Notes under the pieces: model-generated | Told to the model about the DNA's origin: nothing | What the model saw: only the letters and a program-made list of their open reading frames with translations | Databases searched by the model: none | Assembly (NCBI GenBank): GCA_014860575.1 | Contig: JACZJK010000040.1 | Span: 34,082-98,081 of the forward strand | Source of the DNA: Bacteroidales bacterium | GTDB lineage: Bacteria; Bacteroidota; Bacteroidia; Bacteroidales; JAAYJT01 | Direction: 5' to 3' | Length of the DNA stretch: 64,000 nt | Part shown: one piece after another, positions 38,743 to 47,064 of the stretch | Numbering within the stretch: position 1 is the first letter of the stretch | How the letters are laid out: the number at the start of each line of letters is the position of its first letter | Program-made: the position numbers and the translations under genes

Positions 38743-39897
38743 ATGGACAATATAACTATTGACAAATTCAAAGAACTAGCAACAGTTCACGAACCTCATT
38801 GCATTAGCATATTTATCCCGGCCCACAAAGCCGGGCAGGAAGTGAATCAAATGCTTGATAAGAAGAATATGAAAAATCAGGTAAAGCGTGTTCGCGCTCG
38901 GCTCGAATCGTACAAGCTTAAAAACCAGGAAATAGACAAGATTCTTCAGCCAGTAGTTAAACTGGTTGAAAACAATGGGTTCTGGAAACAGCAGTCAAAC
39001 GGCTTGGCGGTATTCAGAAATGCTAGTCTCTTTCATTACTTTACATTACCTGTTGAGTTCGAAGAAAATATTTATGTAGCGGATCATTTTAATCTTAAAC
39101 CTTTGATGCCTTATTTGAATGATAATGGCAGATTTTATATTCTTTCACTAAGCCTGGGAAGTGTCAAATTATTTGAGTGCCATCCTCACCGGATCGAAGA
39201 ATTAGTGCTAGGGGAGATGCTTCCTAAAAATATGGAAGAGGTTGTAGGTTCTGATATGAAAGAAAAGAACCTTCAGTTCCGTACTGGTCAGACAGGCACA
39301 AACCAGGCATTGTTTCATGGCCACGGAGCTGGCAAAGAAGATGGGAAAGAAGAAATCATTAAGTATTTCAGGGCTATAAATGAAGGAGTGTTGAAGGTTC
39401 TGCAGCAGAAGAGCGATCCGCTTATTGTTGCCGCGGTTGACTTCCTTGTGCCTTTGTATCGTGAAGTAAATGCTTATAAAAATCTGGAAAACGAATTTAT
39501 TGCAGGCAATCCTGAACATGAGCAGCCAACGCTGCTTCATGAAAAAGCGAGGCTTTTACTTAAGGATTATTTCAACAGCCGTAGAAAAGAAAAGTCTACG
39601 GCGTTTGAACAGGCAATCTCAAATGAAAAGGCATCCGTTAATGCAGCGGACATAATCCCTGCAGCAGTGCACCAGCGGATTGATACCTTATTCATCTGTA
39701 AGGGCAGCGAGATGTGGGGAACATTTGATGAGGCCAACAATGAGATTAATATTCAGGATAAGATAGCTGAGCAGAGTGTGTGCTTACTGAATATGGCTGC
39801 TGTGAACACAATACTGAACAATGGCACTGTGTTTTTTATGGATCCGGAGAAGATGCCTGATCCCAATACTGAACTAAATGCCATCTTCAGGTTCTAA
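38743..39897 (+). CDS. uncharacterised protein, probable bacterial eRF1-like (baeRF-type) family member
   Basis: ORF 38641-39897, trimmed to MDNITIDKF (385 aa). The N-terminal HEPHCISIFIPAHKAGQEVNQ, the LQFRTGQTG...FHGHGAGKED loop and the NAIFRF terminus resemble baeRF proteins from memory. The family call is unverified. Confidence 0.45.
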   Translation: MDNITIDKFKELATVHEPHCISIFIPAHKAGQEVNQMLDKKNMKNQVKRVRARLESYKLKNQEIDKILQPVVKLVENNGFWKQQSNGLAVFRNASLFHYFTLPVEFEENIYVADHFNLKPLMPYLNDNGRFYILSLSLGSVKLFECHPHRIEELVLGEMLPKNMEEVVGSDMKEKNLQFRTGQTGTNQALFHGHGAGKEDGKEEIIKYFRAINEGVLKVLQQKSDPLIVAAVDFLVPLYREVNAYKNLENEFIAGNPEHEQPTLLHEKARLLLKDYFNSRRKEKSTAFEQAISNEKASVNAADIIPAAVHQRIDTLFICKGSEMWGTFDEANNEINIQDKIAEQSVCLLNMAAVNTILNNGTVFFMDPEKMPDPNTELNAIFRF

Positions 39898-39968
39898 AAA
39901 ATATCCAAAGTATAATTTTCAGAACCAGCATTTGTGCCTTACTCTATAAAAATTTAAATATCAGACTG

Positions 39969-41225
39969 ATGAAAAATTACAAATATATCATCATTGGCGG
40001 CGGAACTACCGCGGGATATGCAGCAAAAGAATTCGCTGAACAGGGTATTCAAAAAGGAGAGTTGTGCATCGTTTCAACTGAATCCATCCTGCCAATGAAT
40101 CGGCCACCATTTTCAAAAGGCTACCTCAGAGATGGTAAGAATACTGAGGAAATTCTGATAAAGGAAAAGGAATTTTATCTTAAAAATGGGATTGATGTAT
40201 TACTTGAAACAACTGTTAAAGCAGTGAACTTTGGACATAAAAAACTTGACTTAGGCGACGGTCAAGTACTCGGATATGAAAAATTGCTGATCGCTACCGG
40301 ATCGCAACTAAAACGACTCAATATTGAAGGCAAAGATTTGGATAATGTTTTTTACCTCAGGAGCATTAAGCAATCCGACAACATAAGAGAACAAGCCGCT
40401 AAGGCTCAAGAAGTAGTTGTTGTGGGAGGAGGCTATATTGGCACTGAAACGGCAGCTTCTCTAAATCAAATGGGCCTTGATGTGACCCTTGTATTACCTG
40501 AAGAAAGACTGCTTTCAAAATTTGCATCGGCAGATATTGCTGCATTTTTTCAGAATGCGTTCGAGAAAAAAGGAGTGAATCTGGTATTTCGCGAAAGCGT
40601 AATAAAATTTCATGGAAATGAAAAAGTTGAATCGGTAGAACTTACATCTGGCAAAATGTTGGAAACTGATATGGTTGTGGCTGGCATTGGTGTGAGACCC
40701 AACATCAATATCTTTGAGAACTCCGGCCTTAACATTAACAAGGGCATTGTAGTAAATGAATTCTGCGAAACCAATATTGAAAATGTATATGCTGCCGGTG
40801 ATGTCGTTGAATTTCCTGATTTGATTTTTGGGAAAATTAAAATTATTCAACATTGGGAACATGCCTTTGAACAAGGGCCTCATGCTATAAGGGTGATGAC
40901 CGGTAAGCGGGAACCATATGTTTTCCTTCCATTCTTTTTTTCCGATGTTTTTGAGTATTCCTATGAATTTTTCGGTGACACCGAAGATGCTGATGAGGTA
41001 TTCAACAGAGGCAATCTGGAAACCGGCGATTTCAGCACCTGGTGGTTCAAGGGCGACAGGCTGGTAGCCGCCTTTATAATGAGTTCGCGTCCTGAAGAAG
41101 AAGGTAAGTTAGCCCGTGAATGGATCACCAACAAGAGAGATGTTGATAAAGTTAAAATCATGGATAGCGGTTCTGAAATGAATAAACTCGTTGTAAATAC
41201 CGGTTTGTATGAAAATGAATTTTGA
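39969..41225 (+). CDS. FAD/NAD(P)-dependent oxidoreductase, monodehydroascorbate-reductase/ferredoxin-reductase-like
   Basis: 418 aa. The two Rossmann motifs are IIGGGTTAGYAA and VVGGGYIGTE. N-terminal YKYIIIGGGTTAGYAAKEFAEQGIQKGEL and C-terminal LPFFFSDVFEYSYEFFGD are colinear with plant MDHAR as I recall it. Confidence 0.7.
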   Translation: MKNYKYIIIGGGTTAGYAAKEFAEQGIQKGELCIVSTESILPMNRPPFSKGYLRDGKNTEEILIKEKEFYLKNGIDVLLETTVKAVNFGHKKLDLGDGQVLGYEKLLIATGSQLKRLNIEGKDLDNVFYLRSIKQSDNIREQAAKAQEVVVVGGGYIGTETAASLNQMGLDVTLVLPEERLLSKFASADIAAFFQNAFEKKGVNLVFRESVIKFHGNEKVESVELTSGKMLETDMVVAGIGVRPNINIFENSGLNINKGIVVNEFCETNIENVYAAGDVVEFPDLIFGKIKIIQHWEHAFEQGPHAIRVMTGKREPYVFLPFFFSDVFEYSYEFFGDTEDADEVFNRGNLETGDFSTWWFKGDRLVAAFIMSSRPEEEGKLAREWITNKRDVDKVKIMDSGSEMNKLVVNTGLYENEF

Positions 41226-41347
41226 TTTTCCACATCGGCATTTATGGTTCCATTATACTTAGGAAATGTTTTAATTTTATCGGTGAACCCAATAAATCGG
41301 ATTAATATCTAAATATTTTAAAATCAATTAATTTAAAAAGTGAAATT

Positions 41348-41791
41348 ATGAGTAAACATTATGCAAATGCCAGTTGGAACAAGACCCTTGTACAGGGCAA
41401 CGGAAACTTCAGGCTCAAAACCAGTGGATATGAAGGCAGCCTCAAATTTTCTTCGCGTTTTGAGGATAATAAGGATGCGTCGAGTCCTGAGGAATTAATA
41501 GGTGCAGCCCATGCAAGTTGCTTTTCAATGGCGCTTGCCCACGCCCTCGACAAAGCCGGTTTCAAACCCGTAAAGATAGAAACCGAGGCCGTAGTTACGC
41601 TTGCCAAAACAGGAGATTCTTTTTCTATAACCGAAATCCTGCTTAAGACCAAAGGCAACGTTCCTGCTATTCATAAATATAAATTTGAAGAAATCGCTAA
41701 AGATGCCAAGGAGAATTGCCCGGTATCAAAAGCGCTGAATTCAATAAATATAGTGTTGGAGGCTGAGCTAATCGTTGCTAAAGATACCTAG
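41348..41791 (+). CDS. osmC: OsmC-family peroxiredoxin
   Basis: 147 aa. EELIGAAHASCFSMALA and the second Cys in KENCPVSKAL are present. Confidence 0.85.
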   Translation: MSKHYANASWNKTLVQGNGNFRLKTSGYEGSLKFSSRFEDNKDASSPEELIGAAHASCFSMALAHALDKAGFKPVKIETEAVVTLAKTGDSFSITEILLKTKGNVPAIHKYKFEEIAKDAKENCPVSKALNSINIVLEAELIVAKDT

Positions 41792-41816
41792 CCTGTTGAT
41801 TCTTTATCTCTCTCTC

Positions 41817-41890
41817 GCTAAGAAGGCTAAGGAAGTTTAGAGTGTTTAGAAGTTTAGAGTTTAGGATGTTTAGAAAGTTGAGCAACTTGA
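41817..41890 (-). repeat. degenerate tandem array, 8-nt period (AGTTTAGA on + strand = TCTAAACT on - strand)
   Basis: Units read gctaagaa/ggctaagga/agtttagag/tgtttaga/agtttaga/gtttagga/tgtttaga/aagttgag/caacttga. The reverse complement aligns with 514-594, including the shared ctcaa..t and ttcttagc ends. It ends 2 nt before the stop codon of the 41893 gene. Confidence 0.9.
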
Positions 41891-41892
41891 AT

Positions 41893-42708
41893 TTATTCCG
41901 GTTTTCTTGCAACACTCAATAGATGTTTTGCTTGGTTAACCATGTGAATATCCTCGCAATGTTTAATAATGAAATTCATCCAGGGCTTTTTGAGATCCTC
42001 ATCAAGCTGATGATATAATTCAAAGCGCTCACCAAAAATGCCTTCGACCCCTGCCAGGTGCAGGGGTTCGAAGCCAGTTTGCTCCATGAGTACGTTCACC
42101 TCTTCGGGATGTACGAAGTATGCATTCGTAAACAACTCGGTATCTTCCACGAAACGATCATCCGATCCGGTTTCCCAAAGTTTTTTAGCTCCATCAGGAT
42201 AGCGCACGCCCATCGGATTATGTTTCAAACCATAAATCATTGCGCAAATTCGGGTCATAAAGGAAGAGAAAACGAACCCACCCGGTTTGAGATGTTGAAA
42301 GGCCAAATCAAGAACCTTCAATCGCTTCTCTTTACTGATCAAATGATACAAAGGGCCAAGAATAAGAATCCCATCCCATTGTTTATGATCCCATTTTTTA
42401 CTATCCAAAGCATCCGACCGGTTAATGAAAAGCAAATTCCCGTGGCTGTTCAAACGTTGCTTCACAAGCTTTATATTGTTGTCTGACAAATCATTGAGCC
42501 CCAGTGAATATCCCTTGTTCAGCAGTATCTCAGCTATGCGTCCCGTTCCACACGCTACATCAAAAATTGAATCTCCGGGTTTGAGGTATTTATTCACAAA
42601 ATGCATGGTTACCGGAATCTCAAAAGGATGTTCATCGAGGCGGGCATCTTCGTCCTTAACATGTTCATTGTAATAGTCCCTTACCTTGTTTTCAGTTTGT
42701 TTCGGCAT
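41893..42708 (-). CDS. class I SAM-dependent methyltransferase
   Basis: 271 aa with motif I DVACGTGRIAE and motif post-I/II spacing. Confidence 0.75.
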   Translation of the reverse strand: MPKQTENKVRDYYNEHVKDEDARLDEHPFEIPVTMHFVNKYLKPGDSIFDVACGTGRIAEILLNKGYSLGLNDLSDNNIKLVKQRLNSHGNLLFINRSDALDSKKWDHKQWDGILILGPLYHLISKEKRLKVLDLAFQHLKPGGFVFSSFMTRICAMIYGLKHNPMGVRYPDGAKKLWETGSDDRFVEDTELFTNAYFVHPEEVNVLMEQTGFEPLHLAGVEGIFGERFELYHQLDEDLKKPWMNFIIKHCEDIHMVNQAKHLLSVARKPE

Positions 42709-42886
42709 AATTTTTTTCGGGTTGTATAAAATAAGCTGGTTGAGAAAACTGCGAATTTAAAGCAAAGACACAATTACAGTGTAAGGCTTGGTTTATCCTC
42801 AATTACCCTGAAACTACCAGGTCTTAATATCTCAGGGATTTTAGCATGCTTATCCTCTACTGTTAGGAAAGTAAATACAGTAATGA

Positions 42887-43204
42887 TTACAAATTTTGAG
42901 AGTAATTATCTGTTTTCCATTTATCATCCTTGATTTCTCTTTCAGCCTGTAACCAATTTTCCATTTCAGAATTGGCTGCATTGTCTTTCTCATGAGAAAT
43001 CTGATGAGCTCTTTGGCGAATTTTTTCCTCTAAATCCACCTGATGTTCGCCGGTTGGAAATACACTCTCAGCAGTTGTATCCTTGTTGCCACTTTTCTTT
43101 TTCGAACCAGTTGGTTGCTTAGTAGGTTTCATTGCCTTTGATTGTGTATCTGCGACGGATGGTTTTTGTGAAGCGGATTTTGTAGCATTTGATTTGCGTT
43201 CCAT
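42887..43204 (-). CDS. DUF2934-like small basic protein
   Basis: 105 aa with a disordered K/S/T-rich N-terminus. The C-terminal IRQRAHQIS......NWLQAERE matches the DUF2934 pattern. Confidence 0.6.
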   Translation of the reverse strand: MERKSNATKSASQKPSVADTQSKAMKPTKQPTGSKKKSGNKDTTAESVFPTGEHQVDLEEKIRQRAHQISHEKDNAANSEMENWLQAEREIKDDKWKTDNYSQNL

Positions 43205-43593
43205 ATGAATAAGGATTTAGTGTTAATTTGTAAGATCATTGATGTTAATGATTTCTGCTTCCTTTGGAGAAATCCATTATCTCCTTATGGTAGGAAAGAC
43301 AAATGTTATACCAACCAAAATTATTAATAAGAAGATAAAAGATGTAATTGTTCGGTAAGCATTGTTTACAGCAAAATCGCTGTTTATCTATTAAACAGTG
43401 CTTGTATTGGATGATCACTATTGTGGATTTCCCGGCTAAAATGTAGAAGCAACGCTACATTTCAGTAATAAAGTGAATTTCATTTATGCCAGGAAAGCAA
43501 GGGAAGAATACCAGATAATGCCTGTGTATAACATTTGCTGATTACTGGGGCATATCTTATCCACTATAAAAACCTGGGGTTATTGCAGGATAT

Positions 43594-44343
43594 TTACATT
43601 AGCCTGTTTCGCTGATAATATTCTGATAGTTCATGTTCATACGACATTTCGATCGGCTGGTCAGAATCATAATCCGGAGCGTCTTTGATTGTATCAGTAG
43701 TCAGATTTATTTTGACTTCCCGGTTCGCATAGCTGATTTCTTTCATCCAGTCAACGGCAAGCATTACCTTTTTGCTCCATGGCAGCCAATTGCTTGTATC
43801 CACAATCAGGTATACAAGCTGCCAATCGGCATCGTCAACAATAAGGTCTTCAACGTGGCCGAGGGTATCATCAGTTGCCCGGATATTATATCCTTCAACA
43901 TCCTTGAAACTTCTGAGACTTGAATTCATAGCTTTCTCACTGATTTGTTTATTTTTGGGCACGTTCAGTGGCCTGGCCGGAAAATATGCACCTGAAGGCA
44001 AAGGAGGAACATACCCTGCACCCCAATACATCGGATAGCCATAATGTTCGTAAAGCTTCTGTTCGTATTCACGCGAAATTGTTGGTATTTCAGCCGGCGC
44101 GGGACTGAGTCCGATCTTTTCTTTTGAGGTATTCAATAGAATTTGATTATTCTCCCAATTTGGGTTAATGATAACATCAACCGGCAATATGACTCTTTTG
44201 TCGTTAAAGAAACCTCCGAAGTCAGCCTCAAGATATCTGACTGCCCAGTTGTCTTCATCAAAAAGGAAATCCTTAATTTTCCCTTCCATTCCATCATTTG
44301 TTTCAATGGAATAACCTATTAGATTTTTCAAACTGTGTTTCAT
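43594..44343 (-). CDS. PRC-barrel domain protein (two barrels)
   Basis: 249 aa. The pattern L.GY.I...D...G.V.D...D...W.V.YL occurs twice. Confidence 0.7.
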   Translation of the reverse strand: MKHSLKNLIGYSIETNDGMEGKIKDFLFDEDNWAVRYLEADFGGFFNDKRVILPVDVIINPNWENNQILLNTSKEKIGLSPAPAEIPTISREYEQKLYEHYGYPMYWGAGYVPPLPSGAYFPARPLNVPKNKQISEKAMNSSLRSFKDVEGYNIRATDDTLGHVEDLIVDDADWQLVYLIVDTSNWLPWSKKVMLAVDWMKEISYANREVKINLTTDTIKDAPDYDSDQPIEMSYEHELSEYYQRNRLM

Positions 44344-44465
44344 TGTATTACGATTTTAGGTTTATGAAATTTATTTTGATTGAGTAAAATCAGGTTTCAA
44401 CGCTTGTGAATGATTGCTGATGAGAAAGGTTTATAGTTATCAGTCATTCATTTTTGTCGCAAACC

Positions 44466-45017
44466 TCATTCGTCTTTCGGTCTTAAGTAGGAAATGATAT
44501 GGTCTGCAAAATTCGAAACATCTTCCGCACCCATGGCCGTAATAAAGTTGTTGTCATTTGCAACGCTGTTGCCCTGGTAATCGGCTCCGGCATTGATCAT
44601 ATCCGTTTTTATAGCATGGTGTGCAGTCATTTTCCTGTTTTTTACCAGGTCTGCTTCTATCAGTAATTGTGGTCCATGACAAATTGCAGCAATCAGTTTC
44701 TTTTCCGCATTAAATTTCTTAACAATCTCAATTGCTGCTTTATTTCTCCTTAAACGATCTGAATTGATAACACCGCCCGGCAAAATGAGCGCATCGTATC
44801 TGCTGGGATCTGCATCATCAATCAGGGCATCCGACTTAAAATCTCGACCCCATTGTTTTTTATTCCATGATTTTAGCAGGGAACCTTCGGCAAGTATATG
44901 AACTGTGAAACCATGTTTTTCAAGTTCTTCTTTAGGAACCGTTAGTTCAACTTCTTCAAATCCATCGGTTGCCATGATAGCAACACTTATTTCTTTCAAG
45001 TTTTCTTGTTTTGTCAT
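44466..45017 (-). CDS. DJ-1/PfpI-family (type 1 glutamine amidotransferase-like) stress protein
   Basis: ORF 44466-45092, trimmed to MTKQENLKEISVAIMATDGFE. The nucleophile elbow AAICHGP is present. Confidence 0.8.
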   Translation of the reverse strand: MTKQENLKEISVAIMATDGFEEVELTVPKEELEKHGFTVHILAEGSLLKSWNKKQWGRDFKSDALIDDADPSRYDALILPGGVINSDRLRRNKAAIEIVKKFNAEKKLIAAICHGPQLLIEADLVKNRKMTAHHAIKTDMINAGADYQGNSVANDNNFITAMGAEDVSNFADHIISYLRPKDE

Positions 45018-45249
45018 ATATGATTGAATGCTTTCTTTGACGGGTAATGAAATAATCATTCCAAAGCTCGCCAACTTGCCATTGTACGACATGTGCCAAT
45101 AATTACAGCGTATTCGGCCAAGTTCTCAGAAAATAAAATGAGATTCGCCCATTAAATGATGTAAGAAGAATAAACACCCCTAAAGACTGGTATCATAAAA
45201 AAGAGAAAATTATTTCAGTGTAAAAGGTTTGCCACGATTCACACAATTC

Positions 45250-45270
45250 AATGTTGAAACATTTCTACAA
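45250..45270. promoter_or_regulatory. dyad AATGTTGAAAcatTTCTACAA (arms TGTTGA-N6-TCTACA), candidate activator site
   Basis: 18/21 identical to 49414-49434. It lies 95 nt upstream of the sigma-54-like element at 45365. A second TGTTGAAA sits 22 nt downstream (45274-45281). Confidence 0.45.
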
Positions 45271-45364
45271 GAGTGTTGAAAATAGTATTCAACTCCACAT
45301 AATCTTTTCCGGCAACAGTTAAATAGAGCAGACTTCCATAGAGTTAAAGTCGCTTTAGGATTTA

Positions 45365-45379
45365 TGGCACGGTTTTGCA
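45365..45379 (+). promoter_or_regulatory. sigma-54-like element TGGCACG-gtt-TTGCA (spacing one nt short)
   Basis: Both half-sites are perfect consensus, but GG-to-GC spacing is 9 nt rather than 10. It lies 38 nt upstream of the dodecin ATG. Confidence 0.35.
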
Positions 45380-45416
45380 ACAAAGCCTGAAAGTATTAAC
45401 CAAAAAAGTAGAAATT

Positions 45417-45620
45417 ATGAAAATGGTAAAAGTAATTGAAGTTATAGCTTCATCGGATAAAGGTTTTTCTGAAGCAACTCAAAATGCTGTAGATGAAGCC
45501 GGGAAAACCTTAAAGAACATCAAATCAATCTATATTAAGCATATGCATGCAAACGTTGAAAACAACCGGATTGTGTCCTATGCTGTGAATGCAAAGATTT
45601 CTTTCGAGATTGAGAAATAG
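45417..45620 (+). CDS. dodecin-family flavin-binding protein
   Basis: ORF 45375-45620 (TTG), trimmed to the ATG at 45417 (67 aa). VKVIEVIASSDKGFSEATQNAV......NIKSIYIK is the typical dodecin pattern. Confidence 0.75.
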   Translation: MKMVKVIEVIASSDKGFSEATQNAVDEAGKTLKNIKSIYIKHMHANVENNRIVSYAVNAKISFEIEK

Positions 45621-45662
45621 AACTTAGCTTTGGGCTGAGGGCTTGGGGCTTGGAGCTTGTTT
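45621..45662 (-). repeat. 6-unit array, 7-nt period (CTTGGGG-type on + strand = CCCCAAG on - strand)
   Basis: Units read aacttag/ctttggg/ctgaggg/cttgggg/cttggag/cttgttt. The array occupies the entire 40-nt gap between two convergent stop codons. The unit type matches 34409-34424. Confidence 0.85.
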
Positions 45663-47001
45663 AAAGTTCAATCCCAAACCGGCGGAGCTTATTATAAAGT
45701 GTTTTTCTGTCAATGTTTAATAATTTGGCGGCTTCTGATTTGTTATAGTTCGCTTCTTTTAGCGCTCTTTCAACCACCAGCTTCTCTGCTTTTTCAGTAG
45801 CATCTTTAAGATCAAGATATGCATCATTCGATTCATCAGTATGATCTGATTCTTCTTGATGTGTGCTTAATTCCAAAGGCAAACAGCTTAGGTCAACGAC
45901 TGAATTGCGGGTCACAAGTACACTGCGTTTTACTACATTGCGCAATTCGCGAAGATTACCATACCAAGAGTATTTTTTAAATACAGTAGCCACCTCATCG
46001 TCGAAACCTGTCACTTCCTTTTTTAAATCGCGGTTAGCCTCTTTAATAAAGTGATTTGCGAAAATTAAAATATCATCGCCACGTTTACGAAGCGGAGGAA
46101 GCTCAAGTTTAAATTCGTTGATCCTGTGATAAAGGTCTTCACGAAAGTTCCCATTGCCTGATGCTTTCAATAAATCGCTGTTGGATGCTGAAATTATGCG
46201 AACATCAACATCAATAGTCTTGCTGTCGCCTACGCGGGTAATTACCTTATGCTGAATTGCCCGTAATAATTTTACCTGGGTTTCGTAGGTAAGGTTGCCA
46301 ATCTCGTCAAGAAAAATGGTACCGCCATTGGCTTGTTCAAAGTATCCCGATTTATCGGATATTGCACCGGTAAAGGAACCTTTTATATGACCGAAAAGCT
46401 CACTGGCTGCAAGTTCGCGGGGTATGGCACCACAGTCAATAGCCATGAATTTTTTATTCTTGCGGCTGCTGTTTTGATGGATTAACCTGGCTATATATTC
46501 TTTTCCAGAACCGGTTTCACCCTGTATCAACACCGACATATCTGTTGGAGCCACCAGCCTAGCCTGGTCAATCACCTCAAGCATTTTGGTACTTTCACCA
46601 GTAATAAAAACATCTTCAGTTGCTACCTGATTACTTACTTTTACCTTGATGGCACGCCTTATTGTATTGCTTATCTCTTCAGGTTGAATAGGTTTGGTAA
46701 CATAATCAAAAGCTCCGGCCTTTATGCTTTCAACTGCTGCCCGAATTTCGGCATAAGCTGTCATCATAATAACCATTGTATCAGGCGATCCCTGGCGGAT
46801 AAATAACAAGAGTTCTGTTCCATTGATGTCAGGCAAGCGTATATCGCACAAAACAACATCAATTCGCTCAGCGTTTAGAATTTTAAGTGCCGGTTTTCCT
46901 CTTGAAGAAGTAAAAATCTGATATCCTTCTTTCTTAAAATAGTTTTCTAGCAAATTAACAATAAAAGGATCATCGTCTATAATTAATATTGAGGTTTTCA
47001 T
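45661..47001 (-). CDS. sigma-54-dependent response regulator (NtrC family)
   Basis: 446 aa. REC domain, then an AAA+ domain with Walker A GETGSGKE and the GAFTGA-type loop GSFTGA, then a C-terminal Fis-type HTH AAKLLNIDRKTLYNKL. Confidence 0.92.
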   Translation of the reverse strand: MKTSILIIDDDPFIVNLLENYFKKEGYQIFTSSRGKPALKILNAERIDVVLCDIRLPDINGTELLLFIRQGSPDTMVIMMTAYAEIRAAVESIKAGAFDYVTKPIQPEEISNTIRRAIKVKVSNQVATEDVFITGESTKMLEVIDQARLVAPTDMSVLIQGETGSGKEYIARLIHQNSSRKNKKFMAIDCGAIPRELAASELFGHIKGSFTGAISDKSGYFEQANGGTIFLDEIGNLTYETQVKLLRAIQHKVITRVGDSKTIDVDVRIISASNSDLLKASGNGNFREDLYHRINEFKLELPPLRKRGDDILIFANHFIKEANRDLKKEVTGFDDEVATVFKKYSWYGNLRELRNVVKRSVLVTRNSVVDLSCLPLELSTHQEESDHTDESNDAYLDLKDATEKAEKLVVERALKEANYNKSEAAKLLNIDRKTLYNKLRRFGIEL

Positions 47002-47064
47002 TGCCAGGGTTATTAAAAGTTTATTTGTAAAGGTAATACTATAATTGCCATAATAGTTTTTAAA

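Noticed and set aside
38557-41225. Search for an encapsulin shell gene next to the EncFtn-like gene.
   Set aside because: Neither downstream ORF (385 aa and 418 aa) resembles an HK97-fold encapsulin. One looks eRF1-like and the other has two Rossmann dinucleotide motifs. No other candidate exists in the window.
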